Source of the DNA: an uncultured Gemmatimonadaceae bacterium
GTDB lineage: Bacteria > Gemmatimonadota > Gemmatimonadetes > Gemmatimonadales > Gemmatimonadaceae
Direction: 5' to 3'
Assembly (NCBI GenBank): GCA_963781585.1
Contig: CAWAGQ010000011.1
Span: forward strand, 224,001-288,000
Length of the DNA: 64,000 nt
Shown one piece after another: positions 1-12,941 of the stretch; positions within the stretch are counted from its first letter, which is position 1; every line of letters begins with the position of its first letter. A program made the position numbers and the translations under genes. Below the pieces are notes generated by a model. The model was not told the origin of the DNA and did not search any database. It saw only the letters and a program-made list of their open reading frames with translations.

Positions 1-95
1 CGTCTACAAAGCGGGGGGAGAGGGGGCGCCACGGCCGAGCACAAAAGAAAGAGAGAGAGGGAGTGGCCTCGTCCGCTTGGCGCTGGCCCGCCCCG

Positions 96-200
96 GTGTA
101 TGCTGCGGCGCGGGTGCATGATGCCGAGCTTTGGACGCAGGACGCCGACTTCGAGGGCAAGCCGCACGTGAAGTATCGCGCGAAGCGGGCGGCGCGGTGA
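96..200 (+). pseudogene. C-terminal part of a PIN-domain (VapC-like) toxin; upstream part garbled or outside window
   Basis: Manual translation gives VYAAARVHDAELWTQDADFEGKPHVKY...*, matching the LWTQDADF C-terminal signature of PIN proteins. Confidence 0.55.
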
Positions 201-291
201 AGAGTGGCCGCCTGGAGTTGCCTGCAGAGAGGCGTTTCGGGCAGATTGCGGGAGCCGGTCTTCGTGCGCGGTGCGAGGGCCGCTTTGTATT

Positions 292-364
292 TGGGGCGTA
301 GCTTAGCTGGCAGAGCGCCTGACTGTTAATCAGGAGGTCGGTGGTTCGAATCCACCCGCCCCAG
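292..364 (+). tRNA. tRNA-Asn (GTT), CCA not encoded
   Basis: Acceptor stem TGGGGCG/CGCCCCA; anticodon arm CCTGA-CTGTTAA-TCAGG with GTT at 325-327; T arm GGTGG-TTCGAAT-CCACC; discriminator G364. Confidence 0.97.
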
Positions 365-580
365 TTCATGGGTAAAAGCGCATAGAGTATTACAGGATCT
401 GCGCGCGCTCGATGTCCCGGAACATCGCACAGCTGAATGTCGCGTCGCAGTCGCCGGCGTTGTTGCACGAGTGTTGGGTCGGAGAGAGAGACGTTATTCT
501 CACCGTCGCACTTGGTCGGCCGGGAACGTCTGATGCGTCACTGCGGTATTCGGTATTGCTCGGCTGAAGGGAGCTTCCCG

Positions 581-1718
581 ATGACACACGTCGCGAAGGC
601 GGGATCACATGGACGACCGCCGACACTTAGGGGTGGTGTCCCCCGTGGTCTCATCGTCGCAACTCTCCTGGCCGCCGCACGGCTCCCCGCACAACAGATC
701 ACTCCGGGTACAGTGGCGGGCATGGTTCGCGACCAGTCTGGCCGCCCGATCACGGCTGCGTTGGTCGTACTGGACCCGGGTGGGGCCCGTGTCATCGTGC
801 GCACCGACTCGACTGGGAAGGTCGCCGTCGAGCATGTTCGGGAAGGCACGTACGAGCTGTCCACAATGGCGATCGCCTACCGCACGGACATCCGCAGCAT
901 TCTGGTGCCGCCGGCTGGACTGGACGTTGACATCGAGCTGCGCATCAATTCGTCGATCCTCGACACGATGCACATTCTCGCGCGCCGCACGGGGGTGCAC
1001 GGCGTGGTGATTACAAAGGATCTCCATCCGCTGGCTGGGGCCAAAGTGCAGATGATCGGACCACGCGGTGTCACCTCGAAAACCGACCCTCAGGGTCGCT
1101 TTGACATGCCCGAGGTGTCGCACGGTGCGTACGTGGCGTACGTCACGCACGCGGGCCATGTCTCACGGCTGCTCTCGATCGTCGTCCCGAGAGATAGCGC
1201 GCTGGACTTGGCGATCGCGCTCGATGCCGGGACCAGTGGATCGGGAAAGCTCCTGGCCATGCCTCTGAGCGAGTTCGATCGGCGAACGCGGTGGATGGTG
1301 GGCGGCAACCGGCGCTCATACCCCGTCAGGAACTGGCCGCGCATCAAGGCCAGGTCCTCTGGGATGCTCTGCGATACTCGATGACTATCTGATCAAGAAC
1401 CTGCGGCTGGACGAGGGCGCGTGCATGTACCTGAATGGCATCTTTCAGCCCGGGATGACGGCGAAGGACTATTTCGTGGCGGACATCGAAGCGGTCGAAG
1501 TCTACGGCTCCGGGGCCGACTGGACGGGTACGGTGACGAGCCAGGGCGGCCATCGGCCCACGCGATTACCGCCTCACGCCGAGTGCGGTTCGAGCGTTGC
1601 CTCGCAGTCGTTGTCCACCGCGACACCGTTTGACCAGCGGGTCACGAATCCTGGCTTGCTGAAGAACGCCGTGCATACTGCCCGGGTGGAGGCAATCGTC
1701 ATTTGGTTGAAGCAGTAG
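581..1718 (+). CDS. Secreted protein with two carboxypeptidase-regulatory-like domains and a C-terminal plug-like domain; frameshifts at about 1310-1390
   Basis: Signal peptide; GMVRDQSGRPI..TDSTG motif. The frame-joined C-terminus (ALIPRQELAAH..CMYLNG..IEAVEVY..IVIWLKQ) is collinear with 41097..42209. Confidence 0.75.
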
Positions 1719-1849
1719 AGGATCGGATCGCTGGACTCGGTTGCGCTACGGAACAGCGGTCACTATTTGCTCCGCATTGGTGCGACGCCTTGGGACACTC
1801 GAATTCGCCTCAATAGGACGTCTCGCAACGGAGGCTGGTCTCGCTAACG

Positions 1850-2160
1850 ATTCTCCAGGGTGACACGATCCTGATCTTCGATGGTCCAACGCGGCGCGTG
1901 TCTGTCTTGTCGCCGGTGTTGCAGTTCGTGAATTCCGAACCATTGGCAGCGAACGTGGAGCGTGCTACGCTCTTTCCGATGGCACGATTGGCGTGGTTGC
2001 GAAGATCGGCGCTGGGGATGCCATCGGGTTCCCGGTGCATCGCTTGGGTCGCGATGGAAAACGGCTGAACTCCTTTGGAGTGGATTCACCCTTTGTGATG
2101 CCGGGTCGGTATCCGGCGGGTCCGCAACTGGCAGCGGCTCGAAACGGCAATGACACACGG
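1850..2160 (+). pseudogene. Degenerate remnant of a 6-bladed beta-propeller gene
   Basis: Fragments GDTILIFDGPTRRVSVLSP and AIGFPVHRLGRDGKRLNSFG resemble GDSMVVLDG and AGWPLH..ASFG in the paralog 36131..37306. Confidence 0.45.
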
Positions 2161-2536
2161 GTCAGCCGCCAAATCCCGGACGACCGTCACGAGCATGGTG
2201 AACTCGACCTGACGAGTCACTTTCACTCGGCGCTCTGAGTGTCGGGAAACATTGGTGGGGTTCGGTTGCTTCGTCGGCCACCCCTGTCGACCCTGTGTCG
2301 TGAGGCGACGGGCGCAGCCCGGTCGTCACCTTTGCGGTCGCGCGGGACGCTGCGGACGACGAATCTACCACGGCGAGCCTTCCACTGCTTGTCGCGCGGG
2401 CCACATTCGACAATACTGGTCATGGTCGCGGTCGAGGCGATACGGGTTTCCGTTCGCAGACTGGAAACTCGCGGCAGCGCGAGCGCCGACGTACGCTGCA
2501 CGGGCCGATCCGCGCGCGACGTAATTCACTGCAGAT

Positions 2537-4399
2537 ATGCGAAATAGTTACCAAACGGGTTGCGCTCTTGCGCTCGCAGCTGCCACGGTGTTGGCCAGTC
2601 CCCTCGCCGGCCAGAATCCGCTCACCCGCCCGGCGGATGCCATCGAGGCGCGGTTCTCCATGTCGCAGCCGGTGGTCAACTATGCACTGACCATCACCGC
2701 AAACGACACGACCGGCTTCGACGTGACAATCCGAGTGCGCAACGCACCGGATACCTTCCGACTGGCGATGCCGCGGCATCCGGAGTACGACGAGCGCTAC
2801 TGGCGGTACGTCGCGAATATTGGGGTCGACTCGCCTCGCGGCACGGCGAACGTGACACGCGCCGACAGCGCTCTCTGGCGCGTGACCGCCCCGGGCGGCG
2901 AAGCGGTGATTCACTACCGAATCGACGTGCCGCTGCCGCCGTCACAGTATCGCGGCGCGTGGCGACCGTTCCTCTCGTCCGAGGGCGCGCTGGTCGGCGG
3001 ACCGTACGGCGTCATGTACGTCGTCGGCGCGGAACTCGCGCCGTCGCACATCCGGATCGACGTGCCGGACGGCTGGACGATCGCGACCGGTCTCGAGCCG
3101 ACCTCCGATCCGAGCTTCTACTTCGCGCCGAGCGTCATGATCCTCAACGACTCACCGCTTCTGGTGGGCCCGCTGCGCAACTGGCGCTTCGACGTCGACG
3201 GCGTGCCGCATCGGCTCGCGTACCTGCCGATTGCGTCAGCAACGCCGTTCGACACCACCGGGTTCGTCGATCGCCTTCGTCGCATGGTATCGCAGGCCGT
3301 GGCGCTCTTCGGCCGCGCGCCCTACCGAGAATTCACGTTTCTGGTGCAGGACGGTGCATACGGCGCCCTCGAGCATCTCAATTCGGTCACGTTAGGCATA
3401 CCGAGCGCCGACCTGGCCCGGAACGTCGACGAGCCGTTGGAAGAGATCGCCCACGAGTACTTCCACGCGTGGAATATCATGCGGATCCGGCCGGCGGAAT
3501 ACCCGGCGGTGACGTGGGACGCGTTCCCGGCGGCCTCCGGGCTCTGGTGGAGCGAGGGGCTGACGATGTTCTACGCCGATCTGCTGCTCCGGCGGGCAGG
3601 AATCCCGGTCGCGCACGAAACGCGTACCGCACACCTCGAGTCGCTGATCGCGCGGTATCTCTCGGAGCCGGGAGATTCGCATCTCTCGCCCGAGCGCGTG
3701 AGTCGTGGCGCCTACGGCGCACCCGACGCCCTCGGCGACTATCAGGCCTCGACCCACCTGCAAGGCGAGTTGCTGGGCGCGATGCTCGATCTCATGGTGC
3801 GAAGTGCCACGCGCGGCACGCGGACCATCGACGACGTGATGCGTCTGATGATGCGCCGATACGGCGGCGCGGTGGGATTCCACAGTGGGGACATCGCTGG
3901 CGTGGTGGCGGCGGTCTGCGGGTGCGAGATGAAGACTTTCTTCGACACCTACGTGCGCGGCGCCGCGCCGATCGACTTCAACCGGTTCCTCGCCCTGGTC
4001 GGACTGCGGGTCGACATCACCAGGAGACCGGCGGTGGACGAGCGTGGGCAGCCGGTGCCGAACCGGCGGATCTATGTGTTCAATCCGGCGACGGACGCGT
4101 CGACGCGTCTGCTGCTGAGCGATCCGGAGAGCGAGTGGGGGAGAGCCGGATTGCACAGCGGCGACGTCATCATATCGATGAACGGGGCGAGTGTGCCGAG
4201 CTTCGCGGCGTTTCGCCAGATGGTGGCAGGCTGGCGCGTGGGCGACAGCGTGCGCGTCGTGGTGTCACGGCCCACCGGTCGATATTCGGCGACCGTGGTC
4301 ATCGGGCAGGCGCAGCAGGTCACCGCGCGGATCAGCGAGATCGACGGGGCGAGTGCGGCGGAGCGCAAGCTGAGGGTGGAGTGGGAGGCGGGGCGGTGA
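2537..4399 (+). CDS. M61 family metallopeptidase (glycyl aminopeptidase-like) with C-terminal PDZ domain
   Basis: Signal peptide; GALEH, HEYFHAWN zinc motif and WWSEGLT; AGLHSGDVIISMNG PDZ signature. Confidence 0.9.
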   Translation: MRNSYQTGCALALAAATVLASPLAGQNPLTRPADAIEARFSMSQPVVNYALTITANDTTGFDVTIRVRNAPDTFRLAMPRHPEYDERYWRYVANIGVDSPRGTANVTRADSALWRVTAPGGEAVIHYRIDVPLPPSQYRGAWRPFLSSEGALVGGPYGVMYVVGAELAPSHIRIDVPDGWTIATGLEPTSDPSFYFAPSVMILNDSPLLVGPLRNWRFDVDGVPHRLAYLPIASATPFDTTGFVDRLRRMVSQAVALFGRAPYREFTFLVQDGAYGALEHLNSVTLGIPSADLARNVDEPLEEIAHEYFHAWNIMRIRPAEYPAVTWDAFPAASGLWWSEGLTMFYADLLLRRAGIPVAHETRTAHLESLIARYLSEPGDSHLSPERVSRGAYGAPDALGDYQASTHLQGELLGAMLDLMVRSATRGTRTIDDVMRLMMRRYGGAVGFHSGDIAGVVAAVCGCEMKTFFDTYVRGAAPIDFNRFLALVGLRVDITRRPAVDERGQPVPNRRIYVFNPATDASTRLLLSDPESEWGRAGLHSGDVIISMNGASVPSFAAFRQMVAGWRVGDSVRVVVSRPTGRYSATVVIGQAQQVTARISEIDGASAAERKLRVEWEAGR

Positions 4400-4449
4400 C
4401 GCCGATGCCGCTCGGCCTACCTCTGCGTGCCAAGCGCCTGGCGGTCGGA

Positions 4450-5819
<1,370 letters not shown>

Positions 5820-5894
5820 ATACCTTACCGAAGATGGGGAACACTCCCTACGGCATTGCAGGATTCATGAGCATTCTTCAGCCAGGAGTCAACC

Positions 5895-6344
5895 ATGCGT
5901 TGTCGCGGCTACCCTGCCGAAACCAGAATTACAGCGGGACGCCAAGACAGAACCCTGCGACGTTTGCGCCTTTGCATCGGCATTGCACCGTTCTTTCTTC
6001 TGCTGAGCGCATGCCGTGGCTGGCTGTCACCGTGCGATCTGGTCGGACATGATTCGGTGCGCGTGACAGTATCGGATTCCGTGACGGGAGGTCGGCCAGC
6101 AGCCGAGCTTCTGCTAATCCTCTCGGACGGCGTAGTAGCTGATACCGTGAAGTACCCACCGGGAAGTGGGCCCGCGGTAAGCATCGGCGTCGGGTTGGAT
6201 CGGAAGGGAACATTTACGCTGACGGTGTGGGCGGACGGCTACCTCCCGTGGATAAGGCATAACGTCGTGGTTCCCTACGATCCCCGATGTGACCATGACC
6301 AAGCTAAAACGCAGACATTGCGGGTGCTGTTAGTACCTGAGTAG
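5895..6344 (+). CDS. Hypothetical lipoprotein with a small beta-sandwich (carboxypeptidase-regulatory-like) domain
   Basis: LLLSAC lipobox; VTVSDSVTG..GTFTLTVWADGYLPW. Start codon uncertain. Confidence 0.55.
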   Translation: MRCRGYPAETRITAGRQDRTLRRLRLCIGIAPFFLLLSACRGWLSPCDLVGHDSVRVTVSDSVTGGRPAAELLLILSDGVVADTVKYPPGSGPAVSIGVGLDRKGTFTLTVWADGYLPWIRHNVVVPYDPRCDHDQAKTQTLRVLLVPE

Positions 6345-7043
6345 ACGTCTCGCGAAAGCGATGCAGAAGTGTTGGACGCCCGGCGGATCCTCGTGAGTTC
6401 GTCGAAGCGCCCCGAACCCACGGGGCGGGATCGGTGCCCGGCGCGTTGGCTCGGCTGGCCCCGGCCATCGAATCAGTGGGACTGCTGTTCGCCGCGCTGG
6501 CTCGCAGGGGACATCGTCGGGGATAATAGGAGTCCTGGCGACGATAGGCACTTACTCGTTGCCCTTTGAGGGGATAGCTCAAGATATAGGCCACGGAGAA
6601 GAACGATGCGTGGGGAATCACTTGCTTGCCGCCGTCGGTTCATGCGAACCCGCTGGAGCGTGCCAATACTGACCTTTGCTCTTCTGGGGTGCGTCGACCC
6701 GCCGGTGGAGCCCACACCTCATGGCGGCCCAGGCGATGTTATCTCACTCGACGTTGGTGTCCCGGCGTCCGTGCGTCCTGGAGAAGAGTCGTTCGCGGCT
6801 CTGGCAACAACCTCACCGAGCAGTGCTGGCTTCTACTTCGATCCCCAAGGTGTCTTGGTTGTCCGCGTCCGGGACCAGAATGATGACGAGTTGGCGGTCA
6901 CGGCCGCAAGAACCCTTGGACGCAATGGCCATGCGCCGTCACGCGACGGAAGGACGGAGGCGGTGTCAGCACGAGTTCAGCGCGCCCAATACACGTTTAG
7001 GCAGTTGGCTGAGTGGCGCGACTTGGCTCTTGCGAAGGTCTAG

Positions 7044-8388
7044 CAGGATGATGAAAAACGGCAGGGAAGTGACGATTTCTGTTGTGGCTGCGCGTGCGAT
7101 GCGGCCGTCGGCAGTTCAGGGAGCGTCCCTTTGCGCGATCGCGGCGGCGATTCCGCGCGCTGGTCGACGTTAGGGGCATACGCGGGCCCGGATCAGGGTG
7201 CGGATCCGCACCAGATTGTAGGTGGCATTGGTGAACGTGAAGATCCAGCCGACCTTCTCGCGACCGCGATGCCGGAGTTTGCGCAGCAAGCCCACGGTTT
7301 TGTCCCAGCCAAAGCCTTGCTCCACCAGTTTCCGTTTGCGCTGACTGATCTCGTAGCCCGAGTGGCGGGTCGTCCGCGCGTCAATGGCGCTGCGAAGCCG
7401 GCGGGGGTGAATGTTCTGACTGACATGGGGCGTCACCCCCGCGTCCCGCGCCCGGTGACGAACGATTCGGTATCGTAGCCCTTGTCGGCCCCGAGGGTCC
7501 GGTGCGGCCGGTGGCTTTCCAGCGTGGTCAGCATCTCGAGCCCGGCCTCCTCCTCCGCATGCCCGCCCGGCGCGCGCACATCGGTCGCCACCACCAAGCC
7601 GTGGCGATTATCGATGATCACACTCGCCAGGTAGCCGAGAATCGCGGCGGTGTTTCGGCTCTTCCGGGCCAGCCGCGCGTCGGGATCCGTCCTCGACCGA
7701 TGCGTCGCATTCGACCGCTTCTCCCCCGGAAATTCACCGTCGGATTCTTCGGCCGACTCGCGGCATCCGCCTCCGCCGGTGGGGTGGGCCCCTGGGGTCC
7801 GTCGCCCCCCTCGGTGATCGGGCGAAAGCTCTTCTGGCTCGCCCAAGCTTCGAGGAGCGTGCCATCCACCGTGAAGTGCTCGTGCGAGAGCAACTGCCGC
7901 ACCTCGGCCTGCCGCTGGACCGCCGCGAAGAACGCGTGCGCGATGTCCCCCTCCAGGAGCCGCTCCCGGTTCTTCGTGAACACGGTCGGCACCCACACGG
8001 GCTCGTCGGGATTCAGTCCCACGAACCAGCGATAGAGGAGATTGTAGTCGAGTTCCTCCATGAGGCGCCGTTCGCTCCGGAGCGTGTACAGCACCTGGAG
8101 GAGGAGCGCCCGCAGCAAGTGCTCCGGCGGAATCGACGGCCGCCCGATCTTGGCGTACAGCACGTCAAATTGGGGGGACAGCTCGCGCAGCACGGGTTCC
8201 ACGAGCTGGCGGATCACGCGCAAGGGGTGGTCGACCGGGATCCGGTCCTCGACCGAGCGATAGCTGAACAGAATCGTCTGCTGGGGGCTCTCGCCGCGCA
8301 TACCGGGGACTCTCCATTGGGGTCGCGCCACGTTAGGCATCGCTCTCCCGTTCTGCAACAGCAAGTTTTCCACCCTTTTTCAGACCTG
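7044..8388 (-). mobile_element. IS5-family element; transposase 8301..7170 with frameshifts
   Basis: MRGESPQQTILFSY..DHPLR, GRPSIPPE, HFTVDGT, GADKGYD. Ends CAGGATGATGAAAAA and TTTTTCAGACCTG; CTAG on both flanks (7040-7043, 8389-8392). Confidence 0.9.
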
Positions 8389-9184
8389 CTAGGTTCGGTG
8401 TCAGGTGTAGTCTCATTGGACCTAGACGAAGTGCGGAATCGTGTCGCTCTAGGCCTGTTACCATCGCAATTTACAGCAGCCCGGGACGCTGCGCATCGGA
8501 TCTTGGCCGCGCAGGGGGTGGACACGGCAGCGCTCGTGTATGACTCGACCGGCGCTCCCAAAATGGATTCCGCTCCACCAACACTGACCAGCGAGACAAC
8601 CGATCCCCTGGCTGGGGGATTGTGGATGATAACCTACGACGGTGATTCGTTCTATGGCAACTGTACGCTCGGATTTGTAGCGCGGCGGAACGATACGTTA
8701 GGCTTCGTTTCCGATTCTCACTGCACGACGAGCTTTTTTGGAATCGGGCAGAGCTTAGGCGATTGGGTGCATCAGCTGGCGACGCGTGTTGTCGCCCGGG
8801 AAGCCGTCGATCCCGACGGCTACATCTGCGGCATTCTCTTGTTTGAATGCAGAGCCAGTGATGCCGCCTTCTTCTCGCAGTATCAGACTCAGCCGATGAC
8901 GGTCGGGTTGATATTAAGAACGCAGGCACCTACCGCTGATGGGTGGTCAGCAGGGCAAGGTTCAATTGCGGTGAACAGCACCCACCCCTACTTCTTCGTC
9001 ACTCGGGAAGAGAACGAGGACGTCTACACCGGCCAGGAGGTTCACAAGATAGGCGCGTATGGCGGCTGGACTAGCGGGGAAATAACTGGCACGTGTGTCG
9101 ACTACACGCCGGCGTACCCCCAGGAGATTCGTTGCATGTACAAGGCCACCTATTGGTCCACGGGAGGTGACAGCGGGGGCCCGG

Positions 9185-10388
9185 GGTAAGCTTCCCCGTC
9201 AAGGAGACCATTCGTACTCAGACGCTGCGGGGGCAGTGGGCCTCGGGAGAAAGGTGAGCGGCGGCACCCGCCCGAGGCTGTCGTGGGGCCGCTGCGTGTT
9301 GTAGGTCGTGAGCCACTGCGCGGTGAGGTCGCGCACTTCCGCGATGGACGTGAAGACGTAGGCATCCAGCACTTCGGTGCGATAGGTCCGGTTGAAGCGT
9401 TCGATATACGCGTTCTGCTGCGGCTTCCCCGGCTGGATGTAGAGCAGCGCGATGCCGCGCTGGGCGCACCACCGGGTGATCGCGATTGAGGTCAGCTCCG
9501 GGCCGTTGTCGAGACGCAGGCCACTGGGCTGGCCGTGGACCGCGACGAGATCATCGAGCACCCCGATGACCCGAATGCTCGGGAGCGAGCGCGCCACCTC
9601 GATGGCGAGGCCTTCCCGATTCCCCTCATCCAGGATGTTGCACGTCCGAAAGCTGCGGCCGTCGTAGAGGGCATCCGTCATGAAGTCGAGCGCCCAGATG
9701 TGATTGAGCTGGGCTGGGGCCGCCAAGGGATGCGGCACCCGCTTCGGACGCCGACGCCGCGTGCGCCGCGGCAGATTGAGGCGGAGCGCGCAGTACACGC
9801 GGTGGACGCGCTTGTGATTCCAGGCGTGGCCGGTGTTCCGCAACCGATCAAAGCACTTCCAGAATCCCCAGCGGCTATTCACGGCGACCACCGCCTGCAA
9901 CGCGTCGATCACCGGCGCGTCGTGGAGCACGCGCTCTGTGGGCGGGCGGTAGTAGGCCGCCCGCGCCAGTCGGACCAGCCGGCAGGCACCCCGCACGGAG
10001 AGGCCGTGCGTGCCGGCGAGGATCTCGACTGCCTCCCGCTTCGCGGACGGCGTCACAACTTTCGGCTCAGGACGTCTTTGATCGCCGCATTCTCCAGCGC
10101 GAGCTCGGCGTACATGCGTTTGAGCTTCGCGTTCTCCTGCTCCAGTTCCTTGAGGCGAGCCAGATCCTTCACGCTGGCCCCACCGTACTTCGACTTCCAC
10201 AGAAAGTAGGTCGGTCGGCTGATGCCGTGCTTCCGCACAATCTCCGGCACCGGAACGCCGGCCTCGCCTTCCTTCAGAATCGCGACGATCTGCGACTCCG
10301 TGAATCGGGACTTCCGCATGGATGATGCCTCCTGTAGGCACCCCGGAAAGTCCAACTACGAACGGTCTGCGCGGAAGGGGAGCTTACC
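9185..10388 (-). mobile_element. IS3-family (IS407 group) element; orfA 10319..10053, orfB to 9199
   Basis: OrfA MRKSRFTESQIVAIL; OrfB WALDFMTD, DNGPE, QNAYIERFN (DDE). Imperfect IRs GGTAAGCTTCCCC / GGGGAGCTTACC; 4-bp TSD CCGG. Confidence 0.95.
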
Positions 10389-11103
10389 CCGGTATTCATG
10401 TATGACTACGGTGGGTGCGCAATCGACAGCGTCATGGAATGCGTCGAGCTGCTGGGGCTACACGAAGCGCACTACAACAACGAGTCGATGTTCAGCAAGC
10501 TATCCCGCATCAAATCAGACTTGGGCGGAACGTGGTCCATAGTTTTTACGCCCGGCCTCGACACTCCCAACGTTAGCGGCACGGACGTCAATGGACATCC
10601 ATCTCTCAGTTGGAGCGGTGTTTCGGGAGCGTCATCATACGAAATCAGTGTCGGGTCCGGAAATCGTTGGCACTATCTTACCACAACAACCGCTACGTCT
10701 GCGAACTTTCCTGACGTGGACGTGGCTGAAGTCGGTGGCGCTGGGCCGTGGGTCACATACCACGTTGTTGCGCGGGGAGTGAGCAACTACTCTCAGGCCA
10801 GCAGCACGATCTATTTCACGCTCGAATCCGGAGGATCTCCGCTGTCAGTAAGCATGGATGGTCCGAGTTCCATCGATCCCAATGCCCAATGTACATGGAC
10901 TTCGTATGCGAGCGGCGGAGTGGGCAGCTATTCGTATCAGTGGTACCTGAATAGCCAGCCGATTCAGGGAGAATCGGGCGAGTCTCTCTCCTATAGCGGA
11001 TCGAATGCGCCCTATACGATTTCGGTGCGCGTTATTGACGAAGCCTCACACACGCAGACGGCGGACTTGTATGTGGCGTCACAGGTCGATGCGTGGTGCA
11101 ACT

Positions 11104-11373
11104 AGAAGTGGCCCCGGTCTTTTGAACAGGTGAGATAGCTGGACCGGCTGGCTCCACGAGCGAGATTTCGCTCATCCTCAGGCGACCGCACAAATGGCCC
11201 GACGTCCTCGCCGCAATCATGCTCCGGCCTTCAAGGCCAAGGTCGCCCTCGCCGCGCCCTCGGCAAGGCCGGCCTGCTCAGCGCCAAGCGATGATCGACC
11301 GGACGCATGCCTTGCCGATCACGCGTCAGGCGGCGGCGCTGGGAATCAGTCGCGGGGCGGTCTACTACACCCC
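11104..11373 (+). mobile_element. Internally deleted IS3-family remnant (left end plus scraps of orfA and orfB)
   Basis: GAAGTGGCCCCGGTCTTTTGAACA left end; MARRPRRNHAPAFKAKVALAA; MIDRTHALPITRQAAALGISRGAVYY. Confidence 0.75.
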
Positions 11374-11513
11374 CAGTTCGAACTCGGTCTTCGAACTCGC
11401 CCTGATGCGGTTGGAGCATGTTCGCGGCACTCTGATCGCTGGATTCCACCCAGATAGCACGAATGAAGCCGAGCAGTGGCGGGGCGTATCGTTGATCCAA
11501 TTCCCGCCACGCC

Positions 11514-12925
11514 GGTCAAGTGCAGAGGTGTGTGTAGAAACGGATCTTCTGGGTTGAGGGTCGTTAGGCAGTCTTCTGCATGAGCGACTGGGGATCAGGA
11601 ATGCGTTGGAGTTCTGCAGGATCGAGGTAACGTCGTTCCATCCACTGTTCGTTGCGTTCGATCGCGAGCGCCGTGCCGAGGCGCAGGAGGCTCGCATCGT
11701 TGGGGAAGATCCGCACCACCTTCGTGCGCCGTTGCATCTCCCCGTGTTCATGCTCGATCGAATTCGTCGTGCGGAGCTTCCGGCGGAGATCGCCGTCCGG
11801 CAAGAGATACACCGCCAACGTTTCGTGCGCGGTCGCCTCGAGCCACTCGGCCAGGGCGGGGAGCGGCTTCCGAAGACTCGTGATCAGGCGCGTCAGGCGC
11901 TCCTCGGCCATCTCGCGGGTGGGCGCCGCCCAGACATCGCGCAGCGCGGCGACGAGTTGCTGCTGCCGGCGCTCACCACTGACTTTCGCGAGAGCGTTCC
12001 GGAGGTAGTGCACCTGACAGCGTTGATGGACCGCGTTCGGGAAATACCGGTGCAGCGTGGTCGAGGCCCTGGTGTTCATCCGACACCACGTACTGGACGC
12101 CCGTGATCCCACGCTGCGTGAGCTGGGCGAAGACCTGGCCCCAGCTCTCGGCACTCTCGCTCACGCCAAGCCAGCAGCCGAGGTGTTCCCGATGGCCATC
12201 GGCCGTGATCCCAATGACCCAGAGCCTGGCCGTCGAGCGCACGTGCCCATCCCGCCGCACCTGCTCGTGGTGCGCATCGATAATGAGGATCGGGTACGTC
12301 GTCGCATCCAGCGCCCGACTGCGCCAGGCGGCGAGCTCCACGTCGAGCTTCTTCGCCAGGGCGCTCACCTCGGAGGCGGAGATCGTCGTGCCGCAGAGCT
12401 GCTCGACGATGGCACTCACCTTCCGGGTCGAAACCGCCTGCACGTACATCTCTTGGAGCGCAAGGACCAACGCCTTCTCACTCCGCTGGTAGCGCTGGAA
12501 GAGCGAGGGCTGGAAGCGGCCACTGCGATCGCGGGGAATCTGGAGCGTGAGCGGGCCGACCCGCGTCACCCACCGCCGCGTGCGATACCCGTTCCGCCAG
12601 CCCGTGCGCTGCGGCGTGCGCTCGAAGGCTTCCGCCCCGAGGAACGCGGTAAACTCGCGGTCGATCACGTCGTGGACAATGGTCGTCAGCATCTGGCGGA
12701 GCGCGTCGTCGGGGGCGGGCTCTTGTTCTCCCACCACGGTAAGACTACTCTTTCGATCGAAGGCCATCGTTGATCTGCTGGGTGTTGCGGGCGCGAACCC
12801 GCGGTGAAGGACTCTTCACCCCAGAAGATGAGCGGTGGTCTTTCTCTTTCAAGGCCCTTCGACTGCCTAACGGCAATCAAAGGCTCGACGCACCGCCGAT
12901 TCTACACAAACTTATGCACGCTCCC
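11514..12925 (-). mobile_element. IS256-family element; transposase 12767..11564 with one frameshift near 12060
   Basis: RNGYR, IPRDRSG, VSTRKV, VVSDEH, QRCQVHYLRN, TTNSIE. 26-bp imperfect IRs ending TGTGTAGAA; 8-bp TSD GCCACGCC at 11506-11513 and 12926-12933. Confidence 0.95.
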
Positions 12926-12941
12926 GCCACGCCTCGACCCA

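Larger units (their letters stand above)
6642..11105 (+). pseudogene. Secreted S1 (alpha-lytic/streptogrisin-like) serine protease with pro-region and C-terminal Fn3/PKD-like domains, split into three parts by two IS elements
   Basis: Parts 6642-7043, 8389-9184 and 10393-11105. LLGC lipobox, CTLGF..SDSHC (catalytic His), ASDAA (Asp). GDSGGP|VF is restored in frame by excising the IS3 and one CCGG. Confidence 0.85.
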
